The notes beneath the pieces were generated by a model. It did no database searches and was not told the DNA's origin. It saw only the letters and a list, made by a program, of their open reading frames with translations. From Phoronis australis (taxonomy: Eukaryota; Animalia; Phoronida): DNA of 64,000 bases. The position numbers and the translations under genes were made by a program. The stretch lies in NCBI GenBank assembly GCA_002633005.1, contig NMRA01000666.1, positions 1-64,000 of the forward strand, given 5' to 3'. Each line of letters starts with the position of its first letter. Position 1 is the stretch's first letter. Positions 14,901 through 27,625 of the stretch are shown piece after piece.

Positions 14901-16611
14901 AATATTTTTTGAAATCTCTAGAATGGTATTTTTTCAGTTTTGTACTGAAAATGCCTCAATGTTGCGTATTCTACGTTTTTAAAGGAATGCTTTGTAACTT
15001 CTTTACACTTAAGTAGTTTAAGAAGAAATGGTTTATGGGAATCATCATTTTACTGACCATAATGCTGTCTAACAAGTCCTTATTGCCATTTTACTCATTT
15101 CGCGTTCTTAACTGACTGTGGATCAGAGGTTACGATGGCACAGGTGATAACATATTTGCCTGGTGACAATAAGGTTGACGCCTTTAGAATACTTGGTTAG
15201 GCTGACACGAGTACTTCTATGATTTTCTATGATTAACTCCAATTTGTTAATTATAAAAAATAACTGTCAAACCGGAAATTTTATGTTCACTACTAAGACA
15301 AAAGCATAAATCACAAGGAAAGGCACCGGTGTATGAAATACAAAAGGGAAAAAATTATCAAAATCGAATGGTGCATTCAAAAGTAAGCGCCATTTATGTG
15401 TCGAATTTGGACTATTTTGATCAGGTCGGCCATTGTGCCATATCAGCGACATAGATTATGAGTTTAAAAGTACTTAAACATGAATTTCACAACTGTTCTA
15501 GACGTTAGTGACAGATATACTTACCTACCATTCTGTGCAATCCAAGAGGGGATATGTTCAGGAAAGGTAACTTATCGAGTGGTCAAAATTCACTTTTGAC
15601 AACATAGCGACTTTTCTGAATTGAAAGGCATGTTCAACCGGCTACGTTGTCATCGGTGAAGATATGAATATCATAAATTTGTAGCCACACTGCTACAAAA
15701 GCAAATTTTGAATAATAGTCCGGTGCCAGTGCAATAACTAATATGAATCTTTTATTTATATGAATTACCCATTCAACTGACCTTGCACTATGCTAACAAA
15801 TAATGTTGAAATTAATATGAAATCGTTTTTGTTTGGAAGCTAACTTTTGTTTACAATAGGACATTTTTTGTAAATGTATGCATAAATTGTTATTTTGTTA
15901 CATGTTGTGTAATTAGCAATACTTTATATTATAGTTCAAGATATATAAAATCAACAAAATGTGAAAAATATTACTTGTTTACAGACATGGATTACATTCG
16001 GATTGTTAAATGTGAAGCTTACTGGCATCATTCTGCTCTATAGATTCCTGTTTTTTATTGTCATCATGCTTTTCAAATTCTAGTTTAAGGAGGAGCTCTT
16101 TTATCATGGTACTCAGTTGCCAGGGTAACAATTATGCATGTCTATTATCATAATTAACGTGAGCTTGTTTCAGCCTACGTGTACATTGCTGAAATTTTCC
16201 AAAATACGTTGAAAGTCCAAATGCTGATAAGATAATTAAATTTGCGTATTCATTTGATTGGGATCTCTTAGCTAGGTGTAAACCGGGACTATAATGACAT
16301 TTTAAAACCCCTGCGTCCAATATTTTTATCAGATGTCATATTGATCTCTCATGGGAGTGTGACACGTGACAAAATCAGATGCGAGATTAGCATCTATTAA
16401 AAATGACAAGACTCAGATTAAAGTGATTTTCATTTTAAGTAATCATTAGCAGGTAATAGGGCGCACGTTACCAGGGCACACCGTCAGTTAGCAGCTAAAG
16501 TGGGGAGAGGGGGGGGCACAGGTTAGACTGATGAAATGTTTCCAAAGTGCTGTTGTGGCAGAAGATGTGAATTTAAAAAACATGAGTATTTAGCCAAATT
16601 AGAAGAATTAA

Positions 16612-19600
16612 GAGCATGTTCGCGAATGGACCAGGCAGAGGGTGATAAACGCTATGTCACAGATTCTCTTTATATTTTGTCTGTGATATGACACTGGCCC
16701 CACTGACTCCAGACCACCTTTATTTTTTTCAAAACGCCCCCTTTTGGTTTCCATGGATACTACTTGTTTCCGACAAGTTTTCAGCCTGGCGGAAGTTAAG
16801 TTTTAGTAAAATTTCGACAGTTACGTTACGCAGTGGAAGTAACGTTGAAATATTGAACCTGTGTTATTGATCAGGTGTGAACTTCGACTACTTTATTCCT
16901 GAAAATTTAAAAGATTTCGATAATTTTTTTCTGGTTTAGAGCCGCATAAGATGAGTACTTTAAGTGATTTTTGAAACTGTCAAAATTGGCTAAATTCGTA
17001 TCCCAATATCTCAGCTGGCACAGGTTTCAGAACATTTTAGTGCCAACCAGTATGTTGAGCTATTTTAGGTCTACAAAATAAGACAAAAAAATTTCCTGAC
17101 GCGAACGGATTTCATGTCATTTGAAGTAAAAAATGACTGGTGGTTACGCTATTTCACCACAATGAGTAATGCCGACAAACGTCAACAAAAAGTGAACATT
17201 TGTTAATAGTTGGCCAGCAAACGGCGAATCAATTTATCATTCATCAAATATCGTATTTTCTAGGCACCGATGTTACACTACTTTATTTCTAAAAAGTGCT
17301 CGTAGTCATGGAATTAGGATACTTACTACGCAAATAGCAGTAGTTTTGGCAGGACACCTTTTGCGAGAGTCGAAATTCAAATCTCACTGGTTTTACAAAG
17401 CTCAGTAATCTTATTTGCACGGCTAAAAACAAAAAAAAAAACGCCGACAAATCATTTGCATAACATTTTCCTTCAAAAATCGTGTTGCCCTCTCCCCACT
17501 TGCGACGTTCCAAATCTTACAGTGTTGTATGAACAAGATNNNNNNNNNNNNNNNNNNNNNNNNNNNNNNNNNNNNNNNNNNNNNNNNNNNNNNNNNNNNN
17601 NNNNNNNNNNNNNNNNNNNNNNNNNNNNNNNNNNNNNNNNNNNNNNNNNNNNNNNNNNNNNNNNNNNNNNNNNNNNNNNNNNNNNNNNNNNNNNNNNNNN
17701 NNNNNNNNNNNNNNNNNNNNNNNNNNNNNNNNNNNNNNNNNNNNNNNNNNNNNNNNNNNNNNNNNNNNNNNNNNNNNNNNNNNNNNNNNNNNNNNNNNNN
17801 NNNNNNNNNNNNNNNNNNNNNNNNNNNNNNNNNNNNNNNNNNNNNNNNNNNNNNNNNNNNNNNNNNNNNNNNNNNNNNNNNNNNNNNNNNNNNNNNNNNN
17901 NNNNNNNNNNNNNNNNNNNNNNNNNNNNNNNNNNNNNNNNNNNNNNNNNNNNNNNNNNNNNNNNNNNNNNNNNNNNNNNNNNNNNNNNNNNNNNNNNNNN
18001 NNNNNNNNNNNNNNNNNNNNNNNNNNNNNNNNNNNNNNNNNNNNNNNNNNNNNNNNNNNNNNNNNNNNNNNNNNNNNNNNNNNNNNNNNNNNNNNNNNNN
18101 NNNNNNNNNNNNNNNNNNNNNNNNNNNNNNNNNNNNNNNNNNNNNNNNNNNNNNNNNNNNNNNNNNNNNNNNNNNNNNNNNNNNNNNNNNNNNNNNNNNN
18201 NNNNNNNNNNNNNNNNNNNNNNNNNNNNNNNNNNNNNNNNNNNNNNNNNNNNNNNNNNNNNNNNNNNNNNNNNNNNNNNNNNNNNNNNNNNNNNNNNNNN
18301 NNNNNNNNNNNNNNNNNNNNNNNNNNNNNNNNNNNNNNNNNNNNNNNNNNTTGCATTTATCTCAGTTTCTACAATATTACATCAATAACAACTGGTTAAA
18401 TCACTCAGACAACCCAACAGATTGTATAATGTTCGAACAAAGATGAAATCCGGAGTATTACTGGACATCACTGACTGTCAAGTTCATTATCTCCCTCATT
18501 TGACCATTTTCCAGTGCGGTTCAAGGCAGCCAAGCGTGAAAAGAAACCTTTATCCTGTTGCAGTGTCAGTCAGCCTTCCTCCCGAAACTGTTCATCCGTC
18601 TTCATCGCCTGTGCAGTCTGCTTTGTTGCTCTACTTTCTGAAAAATGACAGGCAGGTTGTAACACTCTCGAATTATACACTTTTTGCAGAACTTTGCAGA
18701 GCCCAGCCACTACACAGGTGTGACTGCCGCTGGGTGATCCAATGATTTTAGCTGAGATAATTCATTTGACCCATGGAGTGTAATATGTAAAACGACCATA
18801 AGTACAACAAGAAAAAAGACTGTGGGTACTTGATTTATTTTTGCCAGTTTGATTGGATTCCTTTGGACATCAAATGAATATCATATCCAGACAACAAATG
18901 TCAACACAGTGGTACTCATAAAACATAAAGACACGCTATGATTTCCAGAATTATATAATTCACTGACAGCTGAAGTGGAAAGAAATTCCAGCATGCAGGT
19001 TGTCAGTTAAAATTGGAATTTATAATGCTATAACTACAGCATTCATCAATATATCTATAGAAAAAAATACTTTCTGTAATGAACTAAAAAGAAGACGCAG
19101 AACAACAATATCGGTTGTTGAAAAGTGAAAGTCAATGAGATATTGCATTTTCCGCTTGCAACAAGTACAGGTCACTAGGTGCACATAATCTCAGACTAAA
19201 CTTACAACTAACACAAGAGGCTACTAGTAAGTGGACTGAATAGCTCTAGGCTAGCCTAGACTCCAACAACGGCGACAGGGCAGGTACAATGTATATCACT
19301 GATTTGCCCTTAGGAACACAAGACTGTTAATCAGTTGTTTACAGTGATGCAGGCATAGGGCTACTAAATTTCATCAGTGTGTACAAAGCTCTGTCTATAC
19401 TACATGTTCAAAAACAAGTTCATTTTTGTGGTACATGCATGGTCACACAGTTTGTGATCTTCCTGAAAGGAGGGACCAGTAACTTGCATTGCAGGGTACT
19501 GTATTAGAATAACATCTGTTGTTTCTAGCGGTGCTCACTGGTTCTCGAATCATGTATCCACAAAACTGACTATTACCGCTACAATGCTATCGTGATAACT

Positions 19601-20829
19601 TCAAATTCAAACAAAGCAGTAGTAGTACTCACCAGATCCAACAGGAAAGAACACAAATGCATTGACATTGTTGAGTTCCTGTGAAAGTAAGTTGACTTCA
19701 AACATCTCATCCAGCATCCCCACTTCAGGCTTGGCACGCGAGCTACCAGTTATGAAATGGGTGTTTGCAGAGTCTACATGGTTTCCACAAAATTCCAAGA
19801 TGAGCCCGGTTTCTTGCCCTTGCCTTGGACGCAGTCACACAGGCGTGACACGGGTCCGGTGAACACGCATATGTAAATTGTCCGACTCTCGCCAAAATCA
19901 GTTGCCGCACAGTCAGAGTCTGTAGGTGCGGTGGTTTGCTACTCAATTTATGTCGCATCAATATTTCAAACATGTGCAGAGGACATTCTTTTGAGCTTTC
20001 ACACACCTCATCACACTCCATCATACAAGCAGATAACACAGAAAGTCAGGATTCGCCAACCGGAACCATTTTGCTACCTCTAAAGTGACACCTGTTGTTG
20101 GACACTGGGTTCACAAAAAACGCGGAATTTTAATCAAAAAGGAAAAATACCTTAAACAATTGCACCTGACTTAATGCCACATAACTAAATATTGATAAAT
20201 CAACTTTTGAATCAAAACTATGCACTTTACTGGTGCTGTAATGTTCCAAACAGGTATCGGTATTGAAGGTAATTTCTGCTCAGGTGGTTGTCGCAATCTT
20301 GCAATTTGTTTAGAAAAATGTTCAGCGCCAGAACATTTTATTGTATTAATCAACAGCAATAAGATAGAAACGTCTTGTGTAAAAGTCTGGTGTTGATCAG
20401 TGTTGTGCCAGCTGAGATATACGGGCTCAAAGTGTGGCAAAATTGCAACGCCTTGTTAACCTCTGACCCCTCTATACTTTATGCCTAAAATTTTTAACTT
20501 AGTGGCAGAGTTAATGAGTATTGTTTAACATCTTTGTAAAGCCGGAGACTTGCTTTATTTAATAATTACAAACAAATAATGATCTCGTGCGCTAATATTT
20601 TTTATTGTGCAGTGCAAATAAGGCATTTTCGGCGAGTTCATTGCATGGCATACCCCCAAAATAGAGGCTCCCTGATTTCTCCCACTTAAACAAGGTAAAA
20701 TGAGATTGGACCTTACTGTTTTGTTTATCATCCCAAAGGTAACTAAAATGCATAGTATGGTTCAAATCGGTGACATTGGGTTTATCTCCCCTCTGGGCAT
20801 TTTTGCCTGCTGTGAGCCGTACTTCACTC
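16612..20829 (-). mobile_element. Sola3-like DNA transposon, internally deleted
   Basis: TTAA|GAG...CTC|TTAA ends. TIR matches near the ends (cagaggg..gataaac.c.atgtcac.gatt) and ~400 bp inside (atatctcagctggcaca at ~17005 versus ~20405). Minus-strand relics: N-terminal LILARVG...HLGILWKPCRLCKHPFH...FPVGSG followed by a gtgagt donor (19630-20070), and C-terminal GWAL...FFSRLA (~18520-18700). Confidence 0.7.
17540..18350. other. Assembly gap (N run)
   Basis: 811 consecutive N. ORFs spanning it are artefacts. Confidence 1.
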
Positions 20830-22709
20830 TTAAGTACGAAATGGATAACGGAAATCGAGACGGTGGTTAAAGCGGTTAGCGTGAGATCGAAACAGCAAAA
20901 TGTCAAGTTTCCTATCGAATTAAAGGAGAATGCCACCCGATTTAATTAGTCTTTTTTACCGTCTTAATCGGTCTATATCCACATCGCCTCTTTTACGGTT
21001 GGCCTCACCTTGCCGAGATATGTCGAGTTAACCTGGGAGGAAGGTGAGAATCGACGCAGCGACGTTAGTGGTTCGCCTGTAGAGTGAATGCTGCTATATT
21101 GCGGTGCATCATTCCCGCTTGTCCGAACTATGACGCTACGTAGAAAATGAGTTTTTCGACTTCGAGAGCCCAAAATGCTAAGGAAGTGGTTCGCGGTCAT
21201 GAAGAACGAAAGGTACGCTGTTAATAGCAAGTATGAGGCCGTGAAACCTCTCCTTGTTTGTACCCGGCATTTCGTCACAGTGATTTCTCTGACAAATTCC
21301 GGCTTACCAAAGAACTACCCATACTTTCCGTTGCCTGTGCATGTTCACAGCGCCTCTCTAGTATACAGTGTACATGTATTTTGATCAGTGTACACCGGTT
21401 CAAACTGATAGCCTGTGAAACCTAACGATCCGGCGCGTGAAGTCTTCGTCAGATGAGCGCCGGGCGAGTTGCCTTTTAAACGTTTATTATTCTACGTGGA
21501 ATATTCGTGAGTGCAAATGTTCAGAAGCCAGCAATAAATAAACCACTGCGTTACCGGCTTTTGATGCTGTCAATAAAGGTAATTGACCGGGCAGCGAGGC
21601 CGTGTGAGCGCATGCTAATTCATTGTTTGCTGACAGAAAACTGTTGTGAAACAATAACTCGATTTTATATGCTATGGTCAAATGTTAGGGGAATCTTCAT
21701 TTAGAAATACAAATACACTATTCAAATCATTGTTACTGTACAACCTTTGCCCTGACGGTCTGTGGAACGGTAACCCGACTTCGCGGCCCCCGACAAGTAA
21801 GTAGACTTTCAGTTTCGTGGCTAGTTCACATAAGTAATTACGTGCACATTATTTCTTTGGCTAAATAGTTTTTTCATAACTGAAGATTTAGTTTCCAACT
21901 CATGCTGGTTTATGTTCGTGCCAATCCCAGCGACCGCGACGGGCCTGATCGGAATCCGATTAGCTGGCCGGGATAAAAAGCGTTTTGTGTGTTTATAACT
22001 AAAAAAATCAACACAGATCTAAGCTCCCCTCTCTTTTTTTCAATACTTCGAATTTTTCTCCGAATAGACCCCAATGCTAAGGACCTTGGTAATTTGACCT
22101 GCCGAACTTTGTAGGCTACGGTGTGTCTAAATACCAATAAATCCGTAACAGCGAAATAAAATAATACGTTTTATAAGAGCTCGGTGTATTTTTAAGGGTT
22201 TTACATCGAAGCTTGATGAATTCAAGCAATAAGCTCACACCAGTTTCCCGTGCTGTGAACTGCTTAACAGACCAATTACGTCATTGGATAATTTCAACAT
22301 CTCTGTCTGCCTTCAGGTGTCAGGTAACGCAACCAAACTTGCCGTTATCGAGTACAACTACTCGATCTTATAGTTGAGTCGAAAAATGGACCCCCTTCAC
22401 CACCCCGGACTTCAACTTTTAAGTTGCATTTTTGCAAAGCAAAATATGTGCGAAAACCATGAAAAGATGTTAACAAGGCGAAAAAGTGTCCCACGGGCGT
22501 TTTTATGCAAATTAGTGCAGCCATTACCTATTTTTCGTTATATGATGATATCTCACTTTCCTATTTTTGTAAGTGGACAAATCAAGTGTCAAAAACCGAT
22601 GTTTTGAGGGATAAGCATTACGATGGAATAATTTTCTTCATAATCTATTACATCTAATTTGTATTATACGGTTACTTACAATCAATACTACATGGAAAGT
22701 GTGCATAAA

Positions 22710-23808
22710 TGTAGATTATTACATGGCGAAGTCGTTATCCCTCGTTATCTAGAGCCCGAGTGGATTTTGGAGAATTATCGCCCGAGGGGCGTTATCCCCT
22801 TTATCTAGAGCCCTCGTGGATTTTGGAGAATTATCGCCCGAGGGGCTCTAGATAAAGGGGATAACGGCTGAGAACATGTAATAATCTATTTATACCACAT
22901 ACTAAACGAGAAACATTGCAATGAATCGATTTACCTTTTCTGACTCTCCACGGCTTTGTAACTACTTTCTATGTCAGGGGCCCGGGGTCGGAAGTCGTGA
23001 CCTTTTAAGAAAAGCCGGGCTATTTTTGTCAAATAATGCTTCTACTCAAAACCAATTGAAAACTTAAATATAATAGAAATAAATTGAGTTTATAAATTAA
23101 GGTTTACCAACTATTATAGCTTAAANGCCATTGTTCAATGCTAGTCACTGATCTCTTGTGTTCAACCCATGACGTCACATGGCGGGAAATGTGAAAATTG
23201 GCAAAATTGAAAGAAAAATCAAAATTTTGAGCTAATTACACAAAATAAACATGGGTTTAGCTAAATTTTACGTCATACATTTAGTCTGTGGCCACCGGTA
23301 ATTCAAAATGTGCAAAAATCCATGGTGTGTACTGTTTAAAACACTTTTTTTTTCACGCTAAGCTTCGACCGGGAAATTATCGTCTGCTAAAGTAGGTTAT
23401 CACTGGTAACTGAATATAATTCTCAAGTCAAAGATCCTGACGACACGATACCCGCATTCAAACTGTATATCGGTGATATACAAGTAAGAGGACATGAGAG
23501 AAAATTTTCACTGAATTAAGATATCATTTTTATGGAAATGTGTCTTATTTTTCGTAGCGTATAAGTACAGTACAGTGCGGTTTGTTGAAAGTGCGATTAT
23601 TGCGCGTGCTCATTTAAGTATTCTATTTTCACGCTTGCTGACATCAGTCGCTGCATGTTGTAGTGGTAAAGTCGGCGACCAGCAATTTCAAGGTCCCGGG
23701 TTCGACTCCGTCCTCGGTTTCCCGCCAAATCGTTATCTCACTAGTGAGATAACTTTATGGGTTATTACACGGTTGTATCTGCCATTTGACGCTAATATTC
23801 TGGTATAA
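22710..23808 (+). mobile_element. Foldback-headed non-autonomous element with internal tRNA-like box, copy A
   Basis: ~180 bp terminal foldback (tagattattacatg...catgtaataatcta, 22712-22888) with a duplicated ctagagccc..tggattttggagaattatcgcccgagggg unit. A/B-box tRNA-like segment at 23649-23727. Ends tggtataa. Homologous to 58900-59554. Confidence 0.8.
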
Positions 23809-24164
23809 GCCAATATAAACAGTAAATGTGCAACTTTCGGTGTTTATATAATCAGCTCTGTAATAAGCCAAATTTCCGTAAATGTTTTAAATATCTCAAG
23901 AAAAAAAACGTTGGGAAATGGTTTCCATTGCTTTCCGTGATACTTCCGTACAATTCTCCACTTTCCTCTTCTGTGTCCACTTCACAAACAGTGGTGAGCA
24001 AGAAATCAATCAGTAAATTTGATCATACAGCTTGTAACACTCTTCCGTCAGTCTGCACCACCCATATCCTTCGTCGTGACTGCTCAATTATGGGTTCGCA
24101 AGCACGCTGGTACAAGGTGATTCGGTGATTTACTCGTTGGATGAGAGGTTTCAGTGCAGACTGT

Positions 24165-25485
24165 AACGGAGGAAGTCGAACAAGGTCGTTCTTGGACTTC
24201 ATCTTCACCAACCATTCTTATTCTTATTCTTATTTCTTCTTATTCTTCTTCTGAACAACTTTGAGGCTAAATAACTCCGAAATGGGTACAGGTATATTCT
24301 TTAAATTCTGCCTGTGATTTTTGGCAGTACATAAATTTTGATTTGTTACATAATCATATTCCATATTGCACCGGAAGAGGTCATGGGTGCAAAGGTCGTG
24401 TAATTTTCAAAATGCTACTCCTTCTTCATTTGTAAAGTTTTTCTTTTTCAGTGCACATGTATAAAAAAATAAAAAAATAATTGCAGGCGGTCTGATACAC
24501 GTTGTATCAGACGTGCGCAGGCCTCGCATGTGGGCCCATTGCACTGGTCACCTGGAAATATTTTTCTGCACAAGTATAAGTCAAGAAGGCAATTTAAAAA
24601 ATTACTTTTCTAAGTAATAGGGTCATCCAATCAGGTGAAATAGGTCAAAGGTTATTAGGTGCAAACTAAAATTTTGAGCTAGACACTTCAAATTTACAGG
24701 TCTGATTGGAATAGGTAATTCAATTTGGAATCCAAAGTTTCAGGTCATTTAGTGCAAACATGGAGTCATTAGGTGCATTTTTCTTCTGAAAATTTGACCT
24801 TTTCAATCAGCAAGTATTCTGATGTGTCAACCGTTAGACAACTGTGATTCTCAGCATTAAACACATTTTCATGGGCTTTGCAATAATTCTCCTAAAGACG
24901 CTTTAATTCACCAGATAGGATCAATTAGTGCAAAGGTCATATAACGTTCAAAATGTTATATCTCTTACGTTTTTCAAGGAATTCTTTTCAATTTCAGCAC
25001 ACTGGTGTAAGTCAACATGTCAATTGAATACCCTATTTTACTTTGCAATAGGCCTAACCAATCAAAAAATAGGTCAAAGGTCATTGAGTGCAAACTAAAA
25101 TTTTGAGCTAGAGAATTCAAAATTACATATCTGTTTACTAAGTGCCAATGAGTTTGAATTCTAAATTTTCAGGTCATTTTGTGCACCTATGGGGTCATTA
25201 GGTGCATTTTTCTTCTAATTCATTTATCTTGTATTCTGAAGTGCTTAACGTAAAACATCTGTGATTTTTAGTATGAACCACACTTTTAATCGAGTTAACA
25301 ATTACTCCCTCATCGGGGCTCATAATGCACCGGAAGTGGTCAATTAGTGGAAAGGTCATCAAAAAATTAATATTTAATTTCTCCTACAATTTTAAAGATT
25401 TTCTTTTCATATTGGTAAGCGGGTTGCTGTCAGTAACTTCCCATAATAATTCCAATAATACGCCGTGACAATGATCTTTCTAGTT
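24165..25485 (+). repeat. Helentron/DINE-like non-autonomous element with ~430 bp internal tandem units
   Basis: (TTATTC)/(TTC) microsatellite at 24215-24252, then diverged tandem units (ataggtcaaagg..gtgcaaactaaaattttgagctaga at ~24640 and ~25070; gcaccggaag..ggtca at ~24368 and ~25327). Ends in ...tttctagtt. Confidence 0.55.
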
Positions 25486-26859
25486 TCACATTTTTATTAT
25501 TTGTTTTGTTTTCTATTGTATACTCAATTACAATATACTGCATGAAATGTTGAAATACTTTTTGACAGCAGTTTGTTTTTCAAACACTTTTTACTGAGGA
25601 AATTACATATCTGTGGGTTCCTTGCACTCTTCCAAAAAACTTGAATCTGCCACACACAGAAGAGCAGACGATACGATTAGACTCTGCGGGGAACGACATT
25701 GATAACGTTGGTAGGTCTTTGATGTGATTTGGTCAAGTTGTTTTTTTCTGTTTTGGCTTTCAAACTTGCCGAATTGACTCTCTTAATTGCAAAAAACAGA
25801 GAGAAAAGCTACCCTTGTTCACGTCCAGACTCGATGGTCCTGTTAGTCAGCAGTCAGCGCTGTTTCAATATTCAGATCGAATCGAGGTTGTTTAAACTAG
25901 GTCGAGGGGGTTGTGTGTCGTGGGTCGAGGGTCGAGAGGCTTTAGAACTATCCAGATTTAACAAGGAGCATGAATCTTTGATATCTCTCAGATTGATACT
26001 GGGCAACAAAGTGATATATCTCACACGTTTGTGGAGAAATGAAATGAAAATTTAAAACAAAGAAATCTATAAATACATTAATTTATATTAGCTCAGCTAT
26101 TATTACCATTTCTGTGAAGATGGCTGCCATCTTAGGTTTCAGTTTTGCTGCAGAAAATCCACTCAGGTGGGAAAATGACTACGATGGTGCATGATATTAG
26201 TAGCTTATGCGGCGAATGGTGCACTTGAGAGCTTGGTGCTTCTGGACCTTCACTGTCCCGCAAGCGGTGAAGTTTGGCAGTAAAATGTTAAGAGCTTTTT
26301 CTGTGATAAACCATTTTCCTCCAATTCACTTGGAAGAAGAGAAGGAGTCTGATCACACACGTACTACATGCTATGTGGAGAATCATATAGCTGTTGGAGA
26401 AGTTTGTCCTGAATTTCATGAAGCTGCTGCAGTTTTTCGCTTGCTGTTCCTCTGACATTGCTTAAGATTGTAAAATCGCCGTGTTCATTTACAGAGTCTA
26501 AATAAAGAATGGATATGGGTACGAATGGTTCTTTCATGTCAATAAATAAGCTTGACCTCATTGTTTTCTTATAGGGATAATTTTTGTATCTGCGTCGGTA
26601 GCTGTCTTAATTTCGAGTGTAATTCTATTTTCCCTGTCCCCAGTATTGGATTCGCAGTGATTAACATACATGTAAACAGCCCATTTGTATATTTTGATGT
26701 TAGTTTGTATTCTAAAGCTTTGGACTTCAATTTTACAGTTTGTTTTCATGGATGGGTCAACATCAAATTCCTGAATTCGGATAAAAGTAGAATATTTTAA
26801 TGCCCCACACAGTACTTCAGCAGATCCGTTGTAACATATTTCTGTTTTAATCGAAATAC

Positions 26860-27585
26860 TGTCCTCATCTCTTTGGTTTATTTTTGATAAAAAAGAGGAG
26901 TTAAGTCCTTGAATTTTGCATTGTCTGAGCTTCTAAGTCCTATTTCTGCTTTTGGCCATGCAGCATATTCACGGTTTTTTGTAAAATGTTTGCACTTTAC
27001 TGAAATGAGCACGTGATATAGTCCTGCTTACACACTGAATCGAGTCACGAGAAACGCCATTAATTTTCGAGTTTCATTAAGTACTGTAAGTATGTTGTGT
27101 GGGGAGAGCTGTGACGATTGTGGGGGTATTTTGGCGATTGTCGGAAGTGTTGTGAATTTCCTATGGTGGCGTGAGGTTTATGGGGTTTTGTGGCACCTAT
27201 ACGTTTCCATAACTTCAACGAGGGATATTTCTCTATAGTGCATCAAGTCACTGGAAAAAAATTCAAAAATTCCTTGTAATAGCCCTTTTAGCTACTCAGA
27301 GTCGAATGACATTATTTCCAAAGCCTAGAAAGGTTACAGAAAAAAATATGTCACGTTTCATATTATTCAAATAGTTTAATAGATAAGTATTTCAATAATG
27401 AAAGGAGAGCTTTTTCCTTTATCTGTGAATTACAAAGAAAATTTCGATAAAGTCTGAAAAATTGGGTTAAAATACCAAATTAGAAAGTACGATGTAATAA
27501 GAAGAATGTATAAAGTATCAAATAATGTGTATGAAAATGTTAAATCATGTGTTATGAATTCGAGAAGAAACGATTCGTCTTGGAC
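26860..27585 (+). repeat. Dispersed ~730 bp repeat, copy 2
   Basis: Direct homolog of 10119-10857. Confidence 0.85.
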
Positions 27586-27625
27586 TGCAAAATTGTGTAG
27601 AATATCATTTTTAAATGGTTATTTG

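Noticed and set aside
17456-18446. Long ORFs of 279-310 aa
   Set aside because: Artefacts of the N gap.
20920-21479. Kolobok-like MITE (ttaaagg...ccttttaa)
   Set aside because: The TIR match is too weak to support by eye. The same applies to similar TTAA-GG starts at ~14254, ~53311 and ~56241.
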